Below are positions 28,185 to 37,484 of a DNA stretch of 64,000 bases, one piece after another. The stretch comes from Dehalococcoidia bacterium (lineage in GTDB: Bacteria; Chloroflexota; Dehalococcoidia; Lucifugimonadales; UBA1123). The stretch spans positions 1,917,537 through 1,981,536 of the forward strand of contig OY729417.1 in NCBI GenBank assembly GCA_963422295.1, written 5' to 3'. The notes under the pieces are model-generated. The model was not told the DNA's origin, ran no database searches, and saw nothing but the letters and a program-made list of their open reading frames with translations. The stretch's first letter is position 1. Every line of letters starts with the position of its first letter. The position numbers were made by a program, and so were the translations under genes.

Positions 28185-28889
28185 ATGCAAGTGACAATGG
28201 AAAGACCGGAAAGGGCGTTGGTGGTGACGCCGCACCCCGATGATGCCGAGATCGGCTGCGGCGGGACTATGGCGGCATGGATCGCGCAGGGAACGCAGGT
28301 TTTCTATGTTCTCTGCACCAATGGCAATAAGGGTACAGACGACCCAGATATGACCTCCGAGCGTTTGGCAGAGATACGCGAGCGGGAACAGGCTGAGGCG
28401 GCTGAAGCCTTGGGCATATCGGAGGTGGTCTATCTTAGATACCCCGACGGGGCGTTGGAGGATACAGCCGAGTTTAGAGGCAAGCTAGTACACGCTATCC
28501 GCAAATTCAGGCCAGATGTGGTGCTGGCTACTGACCCGCACAGACGCAGCTTCTATCTGCACAGAGATCATAGAATGTGCGGAATGGTGACTATGGACGC
28601 AGTGTTCCCATACGCGCGTGACAGATTGCATTATCCCGAACATATCACAGAAGAAGGCCTCGATACCCACAAGGTGGGCGATGTACTGTTCTGGGGAGCA
28701 GAAGACCCGGATACTTTCATCGATATAACGGATACCATCGAGCTGAAGATCGAATCGCTGGAGAAGCATGCTTCGCAAGTATCGTCTGACAATGTAGGAG
28801 ATTTCGTCCGCGCCAACGCGCAGCGCATCGGCCAAAGAGCGGATATGCCGTACGCTGAGGCGTTTCGAAGGGTACACATCCGCAGATAA
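28185..28889 (+). CDS. PIG-L (LmbE-like) family deacetylase
   Basis: VVTPHPDDAEIGCGGTMA and HRDH motifs. The internal ATG at 28185 is chosen because the longer tracked ORF overlaps the ycaQ-like gene on the opposite strand. Confidence 0.85.
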   Translation: MQVTMERPERALVVTPHPDDAEIGCGGTMAAWIAQGTQVFYVLCTNGNKGTDDPDMTSERLAEIREREQAEAAEALGISEVVYLRYPDGALEDTAEFRGKLVHAIRKFRPDVVLATDPHRRSFYLHRDHRMCGMVTMDAVFPYARDRLHYPEHITEEGLDTHKVGDVLFWGAEDPDTFIDITDTIELKIESLEKHASQVSSDNVGDFVRANAQRIGQRADMPYAEAFRRVHIRR

Positions 28890-29650
28890 TGTACGATATT
28901 CATGCTCATGTCCTATACGAAACCGATGACGGAGCGCGTTCTCGTGAAGAGTCGCTGGAGATGTGCAGGGTGGCGGCTCGCTCTGGCACGAAGGTGATGC
29001 TCGCCACGCCGCACCGAAAGGATGTGACAGAGAATCTATCCGTCTCCCATATCGTCCAGCAGACTGCGGAGTTGAACGCCCAAATCTCAGAGATCGGCCT
29101 GAGTCTGACGCTTGCGTTGGGAATGGAGAATCATCTCGACGAAACTCTGCCCGACGAGATCGCTGCCGGACGCGCTCTGACAATCGACAGTGGCCCATAT
29201 ATCCTCATTGAAATGCCCTTCTTTGGCAGGCCGGACTGGATAGAGGATACTCTATACAGAGTGCAGCGGCGCGGATTGATACCGATTCTGGCGCACCCGG
29301 AGCGAATAGAGGCGTTTCAGCGAGATCCCGATATGCTTGCAGGCTTCATCGAGCGCGGGATGCTGAGCCAGATAACCGTGGGCAGCATAGTCGGTACATG
29401 GGGCGAGGAGGTGATGCGCTTCACGCATCTGCTGCTCCGACGCCGAATGGCGCATGTGATGGCGTCGGATACCCACTCACCGACGGGGTTGCGAAACCCT
29501 GATCTCATGCCCGGCGTGGGGGCTGCTGCGTATATCGTGGGCGCTTCGAGAGCGGTGGCTATGGCAGTGCATATACCAAAGGCCATACTGAATGGAGAGC
29601 CAATCGAAGTGGAATCTCCTATTCGCAGATCGGATCCGATATCCGAATAG
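28889..29650 (+). CDS. CpsB/CapC-type PHP-family tyrosine-protein phosphatase
   Basis: The N-terminus MYDIHAHVLYETDDGA and LAHPER..., SDTHS blocks fit the family. The start overlaps the previous stop (TAATG). Confidence 0.75.
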   Translation: MYDIHAHVLYETDDGARSREESLEMCRVAARSGTKVMLATPHRKDVTENLSVSHIVQQTAELNAQISEIGLSLTLALGMENHLDETLPDEIAAGRALTIDSGPYILIEMPFFGRPDWIEDTLYRVQRRGLIPILAHPERIEAFQRDPDMLAGFIERGMLSQITVGSIVGTWGEEVMRFTHLLLRRRMAHVMASDTHSPTGLRNPDLMPGVGAAAYIVGASRAVAMAVHIPKAILNGEPIEVESPIRRSDPISE

Positions 29651-29704
29651 GCAAAGCGAGCGCGTGGATCGTTGCGCGTTTCCCCTGAGACTTGGAGGAA
29701 CAGC

Positions 29705-30541
29705 ATGGGCAGATTGGAAGGCCGTGTCGCTATCGTCACGGGCGGCGGACTGGGCATCGGCCGAGCGACTTGCCTGCGACTCGCAGAGGATGGCGCCGCA
29801 GTCCTGCTCTGCGATGTCGATATTGAATCGGCAGGCGAGACGGTCGAGATCATCGTTCAGAATGGTGGACGAGCTGAGGCCGTGATCGCGGATGTCAGCC
29901 GCGCCGAAGACATCGCGCGGATGATAGAGCTGGCAATTTCTCGATTCGGCAGACTAGACATTTTGGTAAACAACGCCGTCAGCAGCGATGTTTGGGGCGG
30001 CGACAAAGCATTGGCGGACATCACCGAGGCGGATTTCGATGCTGGCATGGGCATCTTGGTAAAAGCGCATTTCTTGGCGGCCAAACACGCCGTGCCGCAC
30101 ATGATAAAGGCGGGCGGTGGCAGCATCGTCAACATATCGTCCGTGCATGGCATGTTCGGCGCGCCCGGCGCGTTGATATACGAAACAGGCAAGCATGCGG
30201 TTATCGGCATAACTCGGCAGCTGTCCACCGAACTCGGCCCCGACGGTATTCGTGTGAATGCTATCTGCCCTGGCCATATAGTTACGGAGCGACAGCGGAC
30301 GCGCTGGGATGAAATCCCCACGGGTCTGGGATTCTTCGAAGATCAATACCCCGTTCGGCGCGTCGGACGTCCGGTGGATATCGCCAACGCTGTGGCCTTC
30401 CTCTGCTCGGACGAAGCCAGCTTCATAACCGGCCATGCGCTCGTCGTCGATGGCGGTCTGACTGCTCAGCTGCAGGAAAACTTCGGCGTTCGGCAGGCGC
30501 ATTTCATTCGTCAGAACGAAGATGTGATACTGCCTTATTGA
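29705..30541 (+). CDS. SDR family oxidoreductase
   Basis: GGAGGA RBS, with GRVAIVTGGGLGIG, NNAV and YETGKHAV (YxxxK). Confidence 0.9.
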   Translation: MGRLEGRVAIVTGGGLGIGRATCLRLAEDGAAVLLCDVDIESAGETVEIIVQNGGRAEAVIADVSRAEDIARMIELAISRFGRLDILVNNAVSSDVWGGDKALADITEADFDAGMGILVKAHFLAAKHAVPHMIKAGGGSIVNISSVHGMFGAPGALIYETGKHAVIGITRQLSTELGPDGIRVNAICPGHIVTERQRTRWDEIPTGLGFFEDQYPVRRVGRPVDIANAVAFLCSDEASFITGHALVVDGGLTAQLQENFGVRQAHFIRQNEDVILPY

Positions 30542-30704
30542 AAACGCCGTACTTAGTACGGGTTGCGTAAAACTCGAGTAGAGTCGTGACGAGCTACGGT
30601 ATATGCGAAAGGGAATGATTGTTACGAGGTTTCGATAAATAGATACAATTCAAGATATGGATTCCGTGTTTATTGGTTCTTATTTGTCGAATATATCATC
30701 CTTT

Positions 30705-30740
30705 CTAATACTCTTAGCAAATCGTTGCTAAGAGTATTAG
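30705..30740. promoter_or_regulatory. perfect 16-bp inverted repeat (candidate operator) upstream of the VOC gene
   Basis: ctaatactcttagcaa-atcg-ttgctaagagtattag, about 40 bp upstream of the ATG at 30780. No U-tract follows. Confidence 0.35.
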
Positions 30741-30779
30741 AACAGTAGCGCACAGTATCCGTATAGAGGAGCATAGGAT

Positions 30780-31187
30780 ATGTCCACAGTCAGCATAGAT
30801 CACATCGCAATGCCGACGGCGAATGCGGAGAATCTGATAAGCTTCTACAAGCGTCTTGGGTTTACGATCAATGACGAAGAGGATTGGCGAGCTGGTCGCG
30901 CTAATGCCTTTTCGATACAGATTGGCGATTCCAAGATAAACATTCACCCCGAAGGCTACACTGCCGCGCTGCGCGGCCCTACCGCTGTTCCTGGAAGCGG
31001 CGATATCTGCTTCGTCTGGGACGGCTCTGCAGATGAGTGCCGCCAGTGGCTGGAAGATGCTGGCGTGGAGATAATCTCAGGACCCGGCCCTCGGCGCGGC
31101 GCTCTCACAGACAGAGCGGCTGTTAGTCTTTACGCCCGTGACCCCGATCAGAACCTGCTGGAGTGGATGATCTACTTGGACGAGTGA
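30780..31187 (+). CDS. VOC (glyoxalase/bleomycin-resistance/dioxygenase) family protein
   Basis: 135 aa. IDHIAMPT...FYK.LGF and ICF..D...L.EW are typical VOC modules. Confidence 0.8.
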   Translation: MSTVSIDHIAMPTANAENLISFYKRLGFTINDEEDWRAGRANAFSIQIGDSKINIHPEGYTAALRGPTAVPGSGDICFVWDGSADECRQWLEDAGVEIISGPGPRRGALTDRAAVSLYARDPDQNLLEWMIYLDE

Positions 31188-31328
31188 ACAGCGCCAGATA
31201 GTCGCTCTCGCTAGTTGCGCCCTATCTCTCACGCCTGCCAGCCGCGCGCGATGCCCAATTGACACAGCGCGGGACAGAAAATAAACTCCGTACAGCGCAG
31301 ATGAGCGCGGCAACGGAAGGGAGCATCG

Positions 31329-32618
31329 ATGGCAAGAAGAAGAGTTGGATACCAAGTTACACGGCCGGGGAGACGGACGGAAGACCCTCCGGTCGAGATT
31401 CCCGTTGCCGCAGATCTCGAATCCGTTCCCGGTACGCCTACACGGGACAACGAGATAACATACTATGCGCGCGAATATCCGCTGGAGAGTGTGGCGGTGG
31501 AGCATAGCGCATCATCGCTATGGTCGCTGGATGTTCGAGAGGAGGCCTCTCCAGAGACAGCGGAGCTGTACAGAAAGCATCAGGCAGAGATCGAACCCGT
31601 CGTAGAGTGGCTCAAATCCACTGGGGAGATGAAGCCGACGGCTCAGCCGACGGGCGCGGATGTGACCGATGCGATTCGCCAAAAGGCGCGCGATCTGGGC
31701 TATGGCGAAGTTGGATTCACGAACTTCGATCGACGCTATATCTATCAGAGCAAGCGTAAATATGTTCGCGGCGATCTGCGAAACGCCATATGCCTCGCTG
31801 TGGAGCAGGACTATATCGCTACACAGACGATGCCAAGCATCGAGGCGGAGTCCGCGCATGGTGATGCGCATATGCGTCAGGCAGAGATGGCGCGCGATAT
31901 GGTGGATTTCATCCACTCGCTCGGATACGAAGTACAAGTATGGGGTCCTACATGGCACTTCGGAGCGATGATCCCGCTGTTCGTCAAAGCTGGACTCGGC
32001 CAGCTGGGCATCAACGGCCAGCTCCTCTCCCCCCACTTCGGCTCGCGCGCGCGGCTCCAGATCATTACCACCAACGCTGCTATCACTCACGATAGACCTG
32101 TCGATTACGGCGTTACCAAGTTCTGTGAAATCTGTCAGATATGTTTCATGCGCTGTCCGGGCAGAGCTATCAACCAGAACAAGATATGGTACAGAGGCGT
32201 CGAAAAGAGCAAGCTGGACTTCCGCAGGTGCCGCCCCGTGATGACGCGATACTCTGGGTGTGGCGTGTGCATGAAGGTGTGTCCAATTCAGCGATACGGT
32301 ATGCCTGAGGTTATGAAGCACTACATCGAAACAGGCAATGTCTTGGGCAAGGCGACTGAGAACTTGGAAGGATATACCCTGCCGGACAAGGGATATTTCA
32401 AGACAGGGCAGCTTCCGAAATTCGAGCCTGCCTTCTTCGATATGCCGCTGGGCAGGTCGGAAGATCTCGTAGTGGATGATTACCGTGAGCGGTTACAGGA
32501 TGCCAACGGCGACAGCAAGATGAAAGACGCTGTGTGGATGGAGTTTCGGGAGAAGCTGGATAGCGCGCTGGAGCAGCGTAATCTGCCCGTCGATATGGGT
32601 ATGGACCTCGGCGGCTAG
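31329..32618 (+). CDS. 4Fe-4S dicluster protein of the reductive dehalogenase / epoxyqueuosine reductase superfamily
   Basis: AGLGQLGINGQLLSPHFGSRARLQIITTN is followed by CEICQICFMRCP and CGVCMKVCP cluster motifs separated by a ...DFRRC... segment. No twin-arginine signal is seen. Confidence 0.55.
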   Translation: MARRRVGYQVTRPGRRTEDPPVEIPVAADLESVPGTPTRDNEITYYAREYPLESVAVEHSASSLWSLDVREEASPETAELYRKHQAEIEPVVEWLKSTGEMKPTAQPTGADVTDAIRQKARDLGYGEVGFTNFDRRYIYQSKRKYVRGDLRNAICLAVEQDYIATQTMPSIEAESAHGDAHMRQAEMARDMVDFIHSLGYEVQVWGPTWHFGAMIPLFVKAGLGQLGINGQLLSPHFGSRARLQIITTNAAITHDRPVDYGVTKFCEICQICFMRCPGRAINQNKIWYRGVEKSKLDFRRCRPVMTRYSGCGVCMKVCPIQRYGMPEVMKHYIETGNVLGKATENLEGYTLPDKGYFKTGQLPKFEPAFFDMPLGRSEDLVVDDYRERLQDANGDSKMKDAVWMEFREKLDSALEQRNLPVDMGMDLGG

Positions 32619-32621
32619 GCC

Positions 32622-34025
32622 ATGAGCGCTAATACCACTTCATCCGATTCCTCCGAAGATGGTGACGCGTCGCCGCGTGAGCCTTCGTCTTCGAGCGACG
32701 GCGCGGCGACGAAGGATACCGATACTTCGCCCGGCAGATTTTCTCCCAGCCGCGTCTTCTACGGCTGGTGGATGGTGTTCATCAGCGGCGCGGTCATGGT
32801 CATATCCACCACGCCGATGTTTCACGCGATGGGACTTTGGTTCGTCGCTCTGGAGAATACTTTCGGCTGGAGCCGCACACAACTTTCACTCGCGTTCGCC
32901 TTCACTCGTATCGAGGGGGGCATACTCGGCCCGATAGAAGGATACCTGACCGACAGGTTCGGCACACGCAGGCTCGTCATGATTGGAATGACGATCATGG
33001 GCATCGGATGGCTGCTGTTCAGCCAAGTCCAAGAGCTGTGGATGTTCTATCTGGTATATATCTTCATCGCGCTGGGGCAGGGGCTGGGCAGCTGGCTTCC
33101 GCTGATGACGATGTTGAACAACTGGTTCAGCCGCAAGCGCGCCAGAGCGATGGGATTTTCCAACTCTACCAGCAGGCTGGGGAGCTTGCTGCTGATTCCT
33201 GCGATAGCGTGGGCGATAGATCCTGACTTCGACAGGTTAGGCTGGCGGGTGACTGTCGTGCTGATCGGCGTGTCTATTCTGATCGTCGCTCTGCCGCTAT
33301 CGACGCTCATTCGCAACAGACCAGAAGACTATGGCTTGCTCCCGGATGGTGACAAACCGTATGACGCGACCGGCGCGGATGGCGAGCTGTCCGCCGCGAA
33401 TGCCGCTACTCCGCCGCAGACGGACTTTACATGGCGGCAGGCGCTCAGGACACCCGCGTTTTGGCTCATCAGCATCGGACATGGTTTTACCTCGATGGTG
33501 CTCATAGCGATGATGGCGCATCTCGCGCCGATGATGACTGATCGTGAATACACATTGCAGACTGCGTCGTTCGTCATAACCGCCTATACGGTGGTGTCGA
33601 TGGTGTTCCAGATCGTTGGCGGATTCGTTGGCGACCGTGTGCCGAAGCGTCTCGCGCTGTTCGTATTCACATGGATACAGGCGTCGGGAGTCTTCTTGCT
33701 GACATTCGGCCCTGCTAATTTGATAGTCGCGTTCGGATTCGCGTTGCTGTTCGGCATCGGATTTGGCGGACGCAACCCGCTGACGGTCTCGATTCGCGGC
33801 GAATACTTCGGCAGAAAGTCTTTCGGTATGATAATGGGGCTTTCGCAGGTGCCGATGAATGTCTTGCTGCTTTCTGCGCCGGTGTTCGCAGGAGTCGTCC
33901 GCGATATTACCGGCGAGTACACATTGGCATTCGGCGTCTTGGCCGCGCTGAACATGCTCGGCGGTGTCCTGTTCCTGTTCGCTACTCGCCCAAGTCTGGC
34001 GAGCCAGAAGGCGAGCGGCGCATGA
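32622..34025 (+). CDS. MFS transporter (close paralog of 10281-11654)
   Basis: 467 aa with 12 predicted hydrophobic segments. It starts 3 nt after the previous stop. Confidence 0.85.
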   Translation: MSANTTSSDSSEDGDASPREPSSSSDGAATKDTDTSPGRFSPSRVFYGWWMVFISGAVMVISTTPMFHAMGLWFVALENTFGWSRTQLSLAFAFTRIEGGILGPIEGYLTDRFGTRRLVMIGMTIMGIGWLLFSQVQELWMFYLVYIFIALGQGLGSWLPLMTMLNNWFSRKRARAMGFSNSTSRLGSLLLIPAIAWAIDPDFDRLGWRVTVVLIGVSILIVALPLSTLIRNRPEDYGLLPDGDKPYDATGADGELSAANAATPPQTDFTWRQALRTPAFWLISIGHGFTSMVLIAMMAHLAPMMTDREYTLQTASFVITAYTVVSMVFQIVGGFVGDRVPKRLALFVFTWIQASGVFLLTFGPANLIVAFGFALLFGIGFGGRNPLTVSIRGEYFGRKSFGMIMGLSQVPMNVLLLSAPVFAGVVRDITGEYTLAFGVLAALNMLGGVLFLFATRPSLASQKASGA

Positions 34026-34128
34026 TGATAAGCAGCTAATATCAAGCTCTCTTCCGCCGCCCATCTCTTAGGGAGAACCCTTAGCCGCAGCGCAGGAGAT
34101 GCGCGAAGTAGATACGAGGCGAAGTGCA

Positions 34129-34509
34129 ATGCCTATAATAGATCACAATAATGCGACAGAGGTTCCGTGGCGTCCTAACTATCGAAAATGGCTCATCACG
34201 GAGCGCGGCGACGGCACTACTTCGACCGACGCCTCAATAAGCGAGGTCGGTGTAGGCACGGGCGCGCCGCTGCACACGCACGCCGACGATGAGCTTATCG
34301 TGATTCTGTCCGGACGCCTGCGCGTCAGAGTGGGGGACGAGACCCACGAAGTGGAATCCGACCACACCATCGTCATTCCGCCCGGCGTGCCGCACGGGTT
34401 CGAGGCTATCGGAGATGCGCCTGCGCGCATACTCGGTTTCTTCCCCGCGCAGGACCCGTTCCTAAGGACTGTGTTTTTGGAAGGCGGCCCACCTGTTGCT
34501 CACCGATAG
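34129..34509 (+). CDS. cupin domain protein
   Basis: G.GAPLHTHADDELIVILSGRLRVRVGDE...IPPGVPHGF cupin motifs. The ATG at 34129 has better GAGG spacing than 34099. Confidence 0.75.
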   Translation: MPIIDHNNATEVPWRPNYRKWLITERGDGTTSTDASISEVGVGTGAPLHTHADDELIVILSGRLRVRVGDETHEVESDHTIVIPPGVPHGFEAIGDAPARILGFFPAQDPFLRTVFLEGGPPVAHR

Positions 34510-34588
34510 CTGCTCTGCTCTTCTTGCAAAAGGCCTGTATCGTCTAGCCAAGCTCTTTTAGCCAAACTCTTTCTCGGTCGGCGCGCGC

Positions 34589-37480
34589 TCAGTCGGCAAT
34601 GCGCAGCATGTATTCCGTCGCCGGCGTTAGCATCTCTACTGGAACAGGCTCCATGCGTCCCCCGTTGGGCGGCAACCAGAGTATTTGGAACTGCGAGGGT
34701 GGTGATTCTGGGCGATATTCGACTCTGATACGATGGCTGCCTGTAGTAAGCGGCGTTTCGCCACGCGCGTTGGCGTCCGCGGTCGGCGGGTAGCGCGCAA
34801 TCAGGGCGTCATCTATGTACAGCGCGATGCTGCCCGCTCCTTCCAGCCTTACGCCGAACTCGTATCTTCCATCAGATGCGATGTTCAGATGACCCTCCCA
34901 GATTGCGGTGTAAGGCTCTGGAATCAGCGGGGTATAGTAGAACATATCCATAGTCGGCGTTATCTGCGTGTGGTCTGGGATGTCCGCGCTGTCGTTGTAA
35001 CTGTCACCTGCGAAGAATCGGCCTGCCATACCTATCGGGCGGACTGTATCGCGATATAGCTTCGTGAACGGTATGGGCGTCATGTATTCGGCGCCGGGTG
35101 GACGCCACAGCAGGCGCATATAGTCGTTGGATGAGGATATTCTGGAGCGTATCGAGAGCGAGTGTATGCCGAGCGCGGGGACGACGAGTGCGTTATCGAT
35201 GCCGTCGCCGAGTATCTGGATGCCGTTCAGCTCGACTACTGCCGACGCCGGCGCGTCCAGCTCGAATTCGTATTCGCCGTCTTCCACGATGTGCAGCGCG
35301 CCATTCAGCCGTACTTCATGTGGATATTCTGGCGCTCCCATGTCGGCATGCCATACGGTTTCGGATGCCGAAGAGATTCGGCATGGTATATCGGCGTCGT
35401 CTGCATAGCAGCGCGCGTCCAGTCCTTGTCTCTTGGCCAGCAGCTCTCGGCTCACGAAACCTGTATAGTACATCGGTTCACCGCCGCCGGGTGGGGTCAC
35501 GATCGCATACTCTCCGTCGGGATAGTAGGCGCGCATCACTTCCAAAAAGCCCCGCTCTCTCGGCTCGAAGTAGGCGGATGCGCCGTTCCATACTTTTGTC
35601 GAATCCATCGGCAGCGTTCTAGAAGCCGATATGACCTCGTATTTGGGTTCTCCGGCGATAAGTGAAGAGGTTCGCCCGAACATGAACTGTCGTGAGATCC
35701 AGAGAGTGTGTCCGTGTCCCTGCTGTTCTATCTGACTGTGCGCCATCAGCGTCTGGTCTGTGGAGAACGCCGCATAGACACGCGGATCGCTGGCCTGACT
35801 CCCGAAGTATGTGTCCACATTGGCGTAGGCGATTATGCCGAGTAGCGCGAGTATTGCAGGCGTGGAGAATCTGCGAACTCGCGGCCATGGGACGACACGG
35901 GCTGCGTCCCATAGACGCACTATGATATACGCCACAAGCGCGGCTACTGCAGGAACGACTAGCAGCGTGCGCAGCGATTGCGGATGCTCCCAAGGTATGG
36001 TCAGCATACCGGGCAAGAGCATGAGCAGTATCCACATCGGTAGGGCGAACATCGTGAGGCTGCGCCAGCGTGTCAGCGCGAATAGGAGGCCGAGAACGAA
36101 CAGCGCGCCTGTGAGAAAATCCAACATCGGCGCGCCGGGGAGGTTGTGGCGCGGGTTCGTATCTCCCTCATGGACGAACATCAGGATATGTTTCAGGAAT
36201 CCATCTACGATCTGTCCTGCCCACTGTTCACGCGGCGTGATCTCGAACAGCGAAGTCGTCTGCGTTCGTGCGAAGAACACTTCGGGGTTGTCCGCGGCGA
36301 ACTGCAATATGGGAGCGGCGGCGAACATCGCAGCTATGGACATGACGGCGACGCGCGCCGCAAATGCGCGGATGGGCGGACGCTGTATCACGAAATGGTG
36401 CGCGAGCATGAATCCGATGACCAGTGGAAACATGCGGAAGGAGGCGTAAAACCACATCCCTAGACCGAGCGCGGCGCCGGCGAAGGCGTAGTCGGACAGC
36501 TTCCGACTGCTAAGCGCCCTCAGCGTGAGCCACCCGCTCAGAGCCGCGAACAGTGTCGCCGTTATGCCGTGCATCCCGATGCGGCTCCAGTTGATGTCCC
36601 AACGCATCGAAGCCACCAGAAAGGCGGCCACCAGCCCCACGCGTGTTCCCAGCGCGTGGCGAGCGAACATGAAAACTGCTACGACTCCGAGCAGTCCGAA
36701 AGCGACGGAGACTAGCCGCCCCGCTGTTATCGACATGCCTGCCAGCTCGATGACCAGCGCAATGGGCAGCAGGAACATCGTCGGCAGGTTCGTGGATGGA
36801 GTGTACAGCGGCGTTCGCCCAGGGTCATTGGCATACATCTGAGCGTGCGCTAGGTTGTCCGCCTCGTCGAACCAGAGTCCGGCGGGGATCGTGTCTAGGC
36901 TGTACAGCCTGAGGCTCGCCGCGAGGATGAGAATGCCAAAGAGCGCGGCGAGCGGTATAATCGAGTGTGGGCGGAAGGCTATAGCGTCGATGTCTCGCAT
37001 CTTGGCAATTAGCCGTGACCAGCGTCTGTCCATGGCTGGGGCTGCAGCCAGCGCGAGCGTTACCGCCACGCCGAAGCTCCACCATGCGATCGTCAGATTT
37101 CCACTGTTCTCATCTGCGAAGTTCGTAAGTGATATGGACATAAGAAGAGCGGCTGCCGCGCCTGCAAACGCTCCGAACAGCTTCTCGCGGAACTCCAATT
37201 TGGATGCAACCGGGGCATCGACGACATCGGCGGAACGGCTGGGGGCTGACTGTGGAGCGCGTTTGCTGATGGATGCGAAGGACAGGCAGCCGACAGCAAT
37301 TATCAGCGGCGTTACTGCCCAAAGGAAGTTCCCGCTTCGTATGAACCAGCCTGCAAGTACGATCAGCGCGACGGACGACGCGATCAGCGTGAATTCCAGA
37401 GCCGATGCGCGGCTGTCGTTCATATCGTTTCGCATATGGTAGCTGTACTCGGCGGACGCGCAAATTGGCCGCCGACGCAT
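34589..37480 (-). CDS. GT-C fold (PMT_2/ArnT-like) membrane glycosyltransferase with two C-terminal PA14-like domains
   Basis: The N-terminal half has more than 12 TM segments, with the WFDEADN motif typical of GT39/83-like enzymes. The C-terminal third has two modules (GEYEFELDA...LNGIQIL and DGRYEFGVRLEGAGSIALYIDDALI) typical of PA14. The start is uncertain (37480, 37435 or 37423). Confidence 0.65.
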   Translation of the reverse strand: MRRRPICASAEYSYHMRNDMNDSRASALEFTLIASSVALIVLAGWFIRSGNFLWAVTPLIIAVGCLSFASISKRAPQSAPSRSADVVDAPVASKLEFREKLFGAFAGAAAALLMSISLTNFADENSGNLTIAWWSFGVAVTLALAAAPAMDRRWSRLIAKMRDIDAIAFRPHSIIPLAALFGILILAASLRLYSLDTIPAGLWFDEADNLAHAQMYANDPGRTPLYTPSTNLPTMFLLPIALVIELAGMSITAGRLVSVAFGLLGVVAVFMFARHALGTRVGLVAAFLVASMRWDINWSRIGMHGITATLFAALSGWLTLRALSSRKLSDYAFAGAALGLGMWFYASFRMFPLVIGFMLAHHFVIQRPPIRAFAARVAVMSIAAMFAAAPILQFAADNPEVFFARTQTTSLFEITPREQWAGQIVDGFLKHILMFVHEGDTNPRHNLPGAPMLDFLTGALFVLGLLFALTRWRSLTMFALPMWILLMLLPGMLTIPWEHPQSLRTLLVVPAVAALVAYIIVRLWDAARVVPWPRVRRFSTPAILALLGIIAYANVDTYFGSQASDPRVYAAFSTDQTLMAHSQIEQQGHGHTLWISRQFMFGRTSSLIAGEPKYEVISASRTLPMDSTKVWNGASAYFEPRERGFLEVMRAYYPDGEYAIVTPPGGGEPMYYTGFVSRELLAKRQGLDARCYADDADIPCRISSASETVWHADMGAPEYPHEVRLNGALHIVEDGEYEFELDAPASAVVELNGIQILGDGIDNALVVPALGIHSLSIRSRISSSNDYMRLLWRPPGAEYMTPIPFTKLYRDTVRPIGMAGRFFAGDSYNDSADIPDHTQITPTMDMFYYTPLIPEPYTAIWEGHLNIASDGRYEFGVRLEGAGSIALYIDDALIARYPPTADANARGETPLTTGSHRIRVEYRPESPPSQFQILWLPPNGGRMEPVPVEMLTPATEYMLRIAD

Positions 37481-37484
37481 ATGG

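Noticed and set aside
30547-30561. The palindrome ccgtacttagtacgg just after the SDR stop as a terminator.
   Set aside because: The stem is effectively 5-6 bp with a minimal loop and no following U-tract, which is too weak to call.
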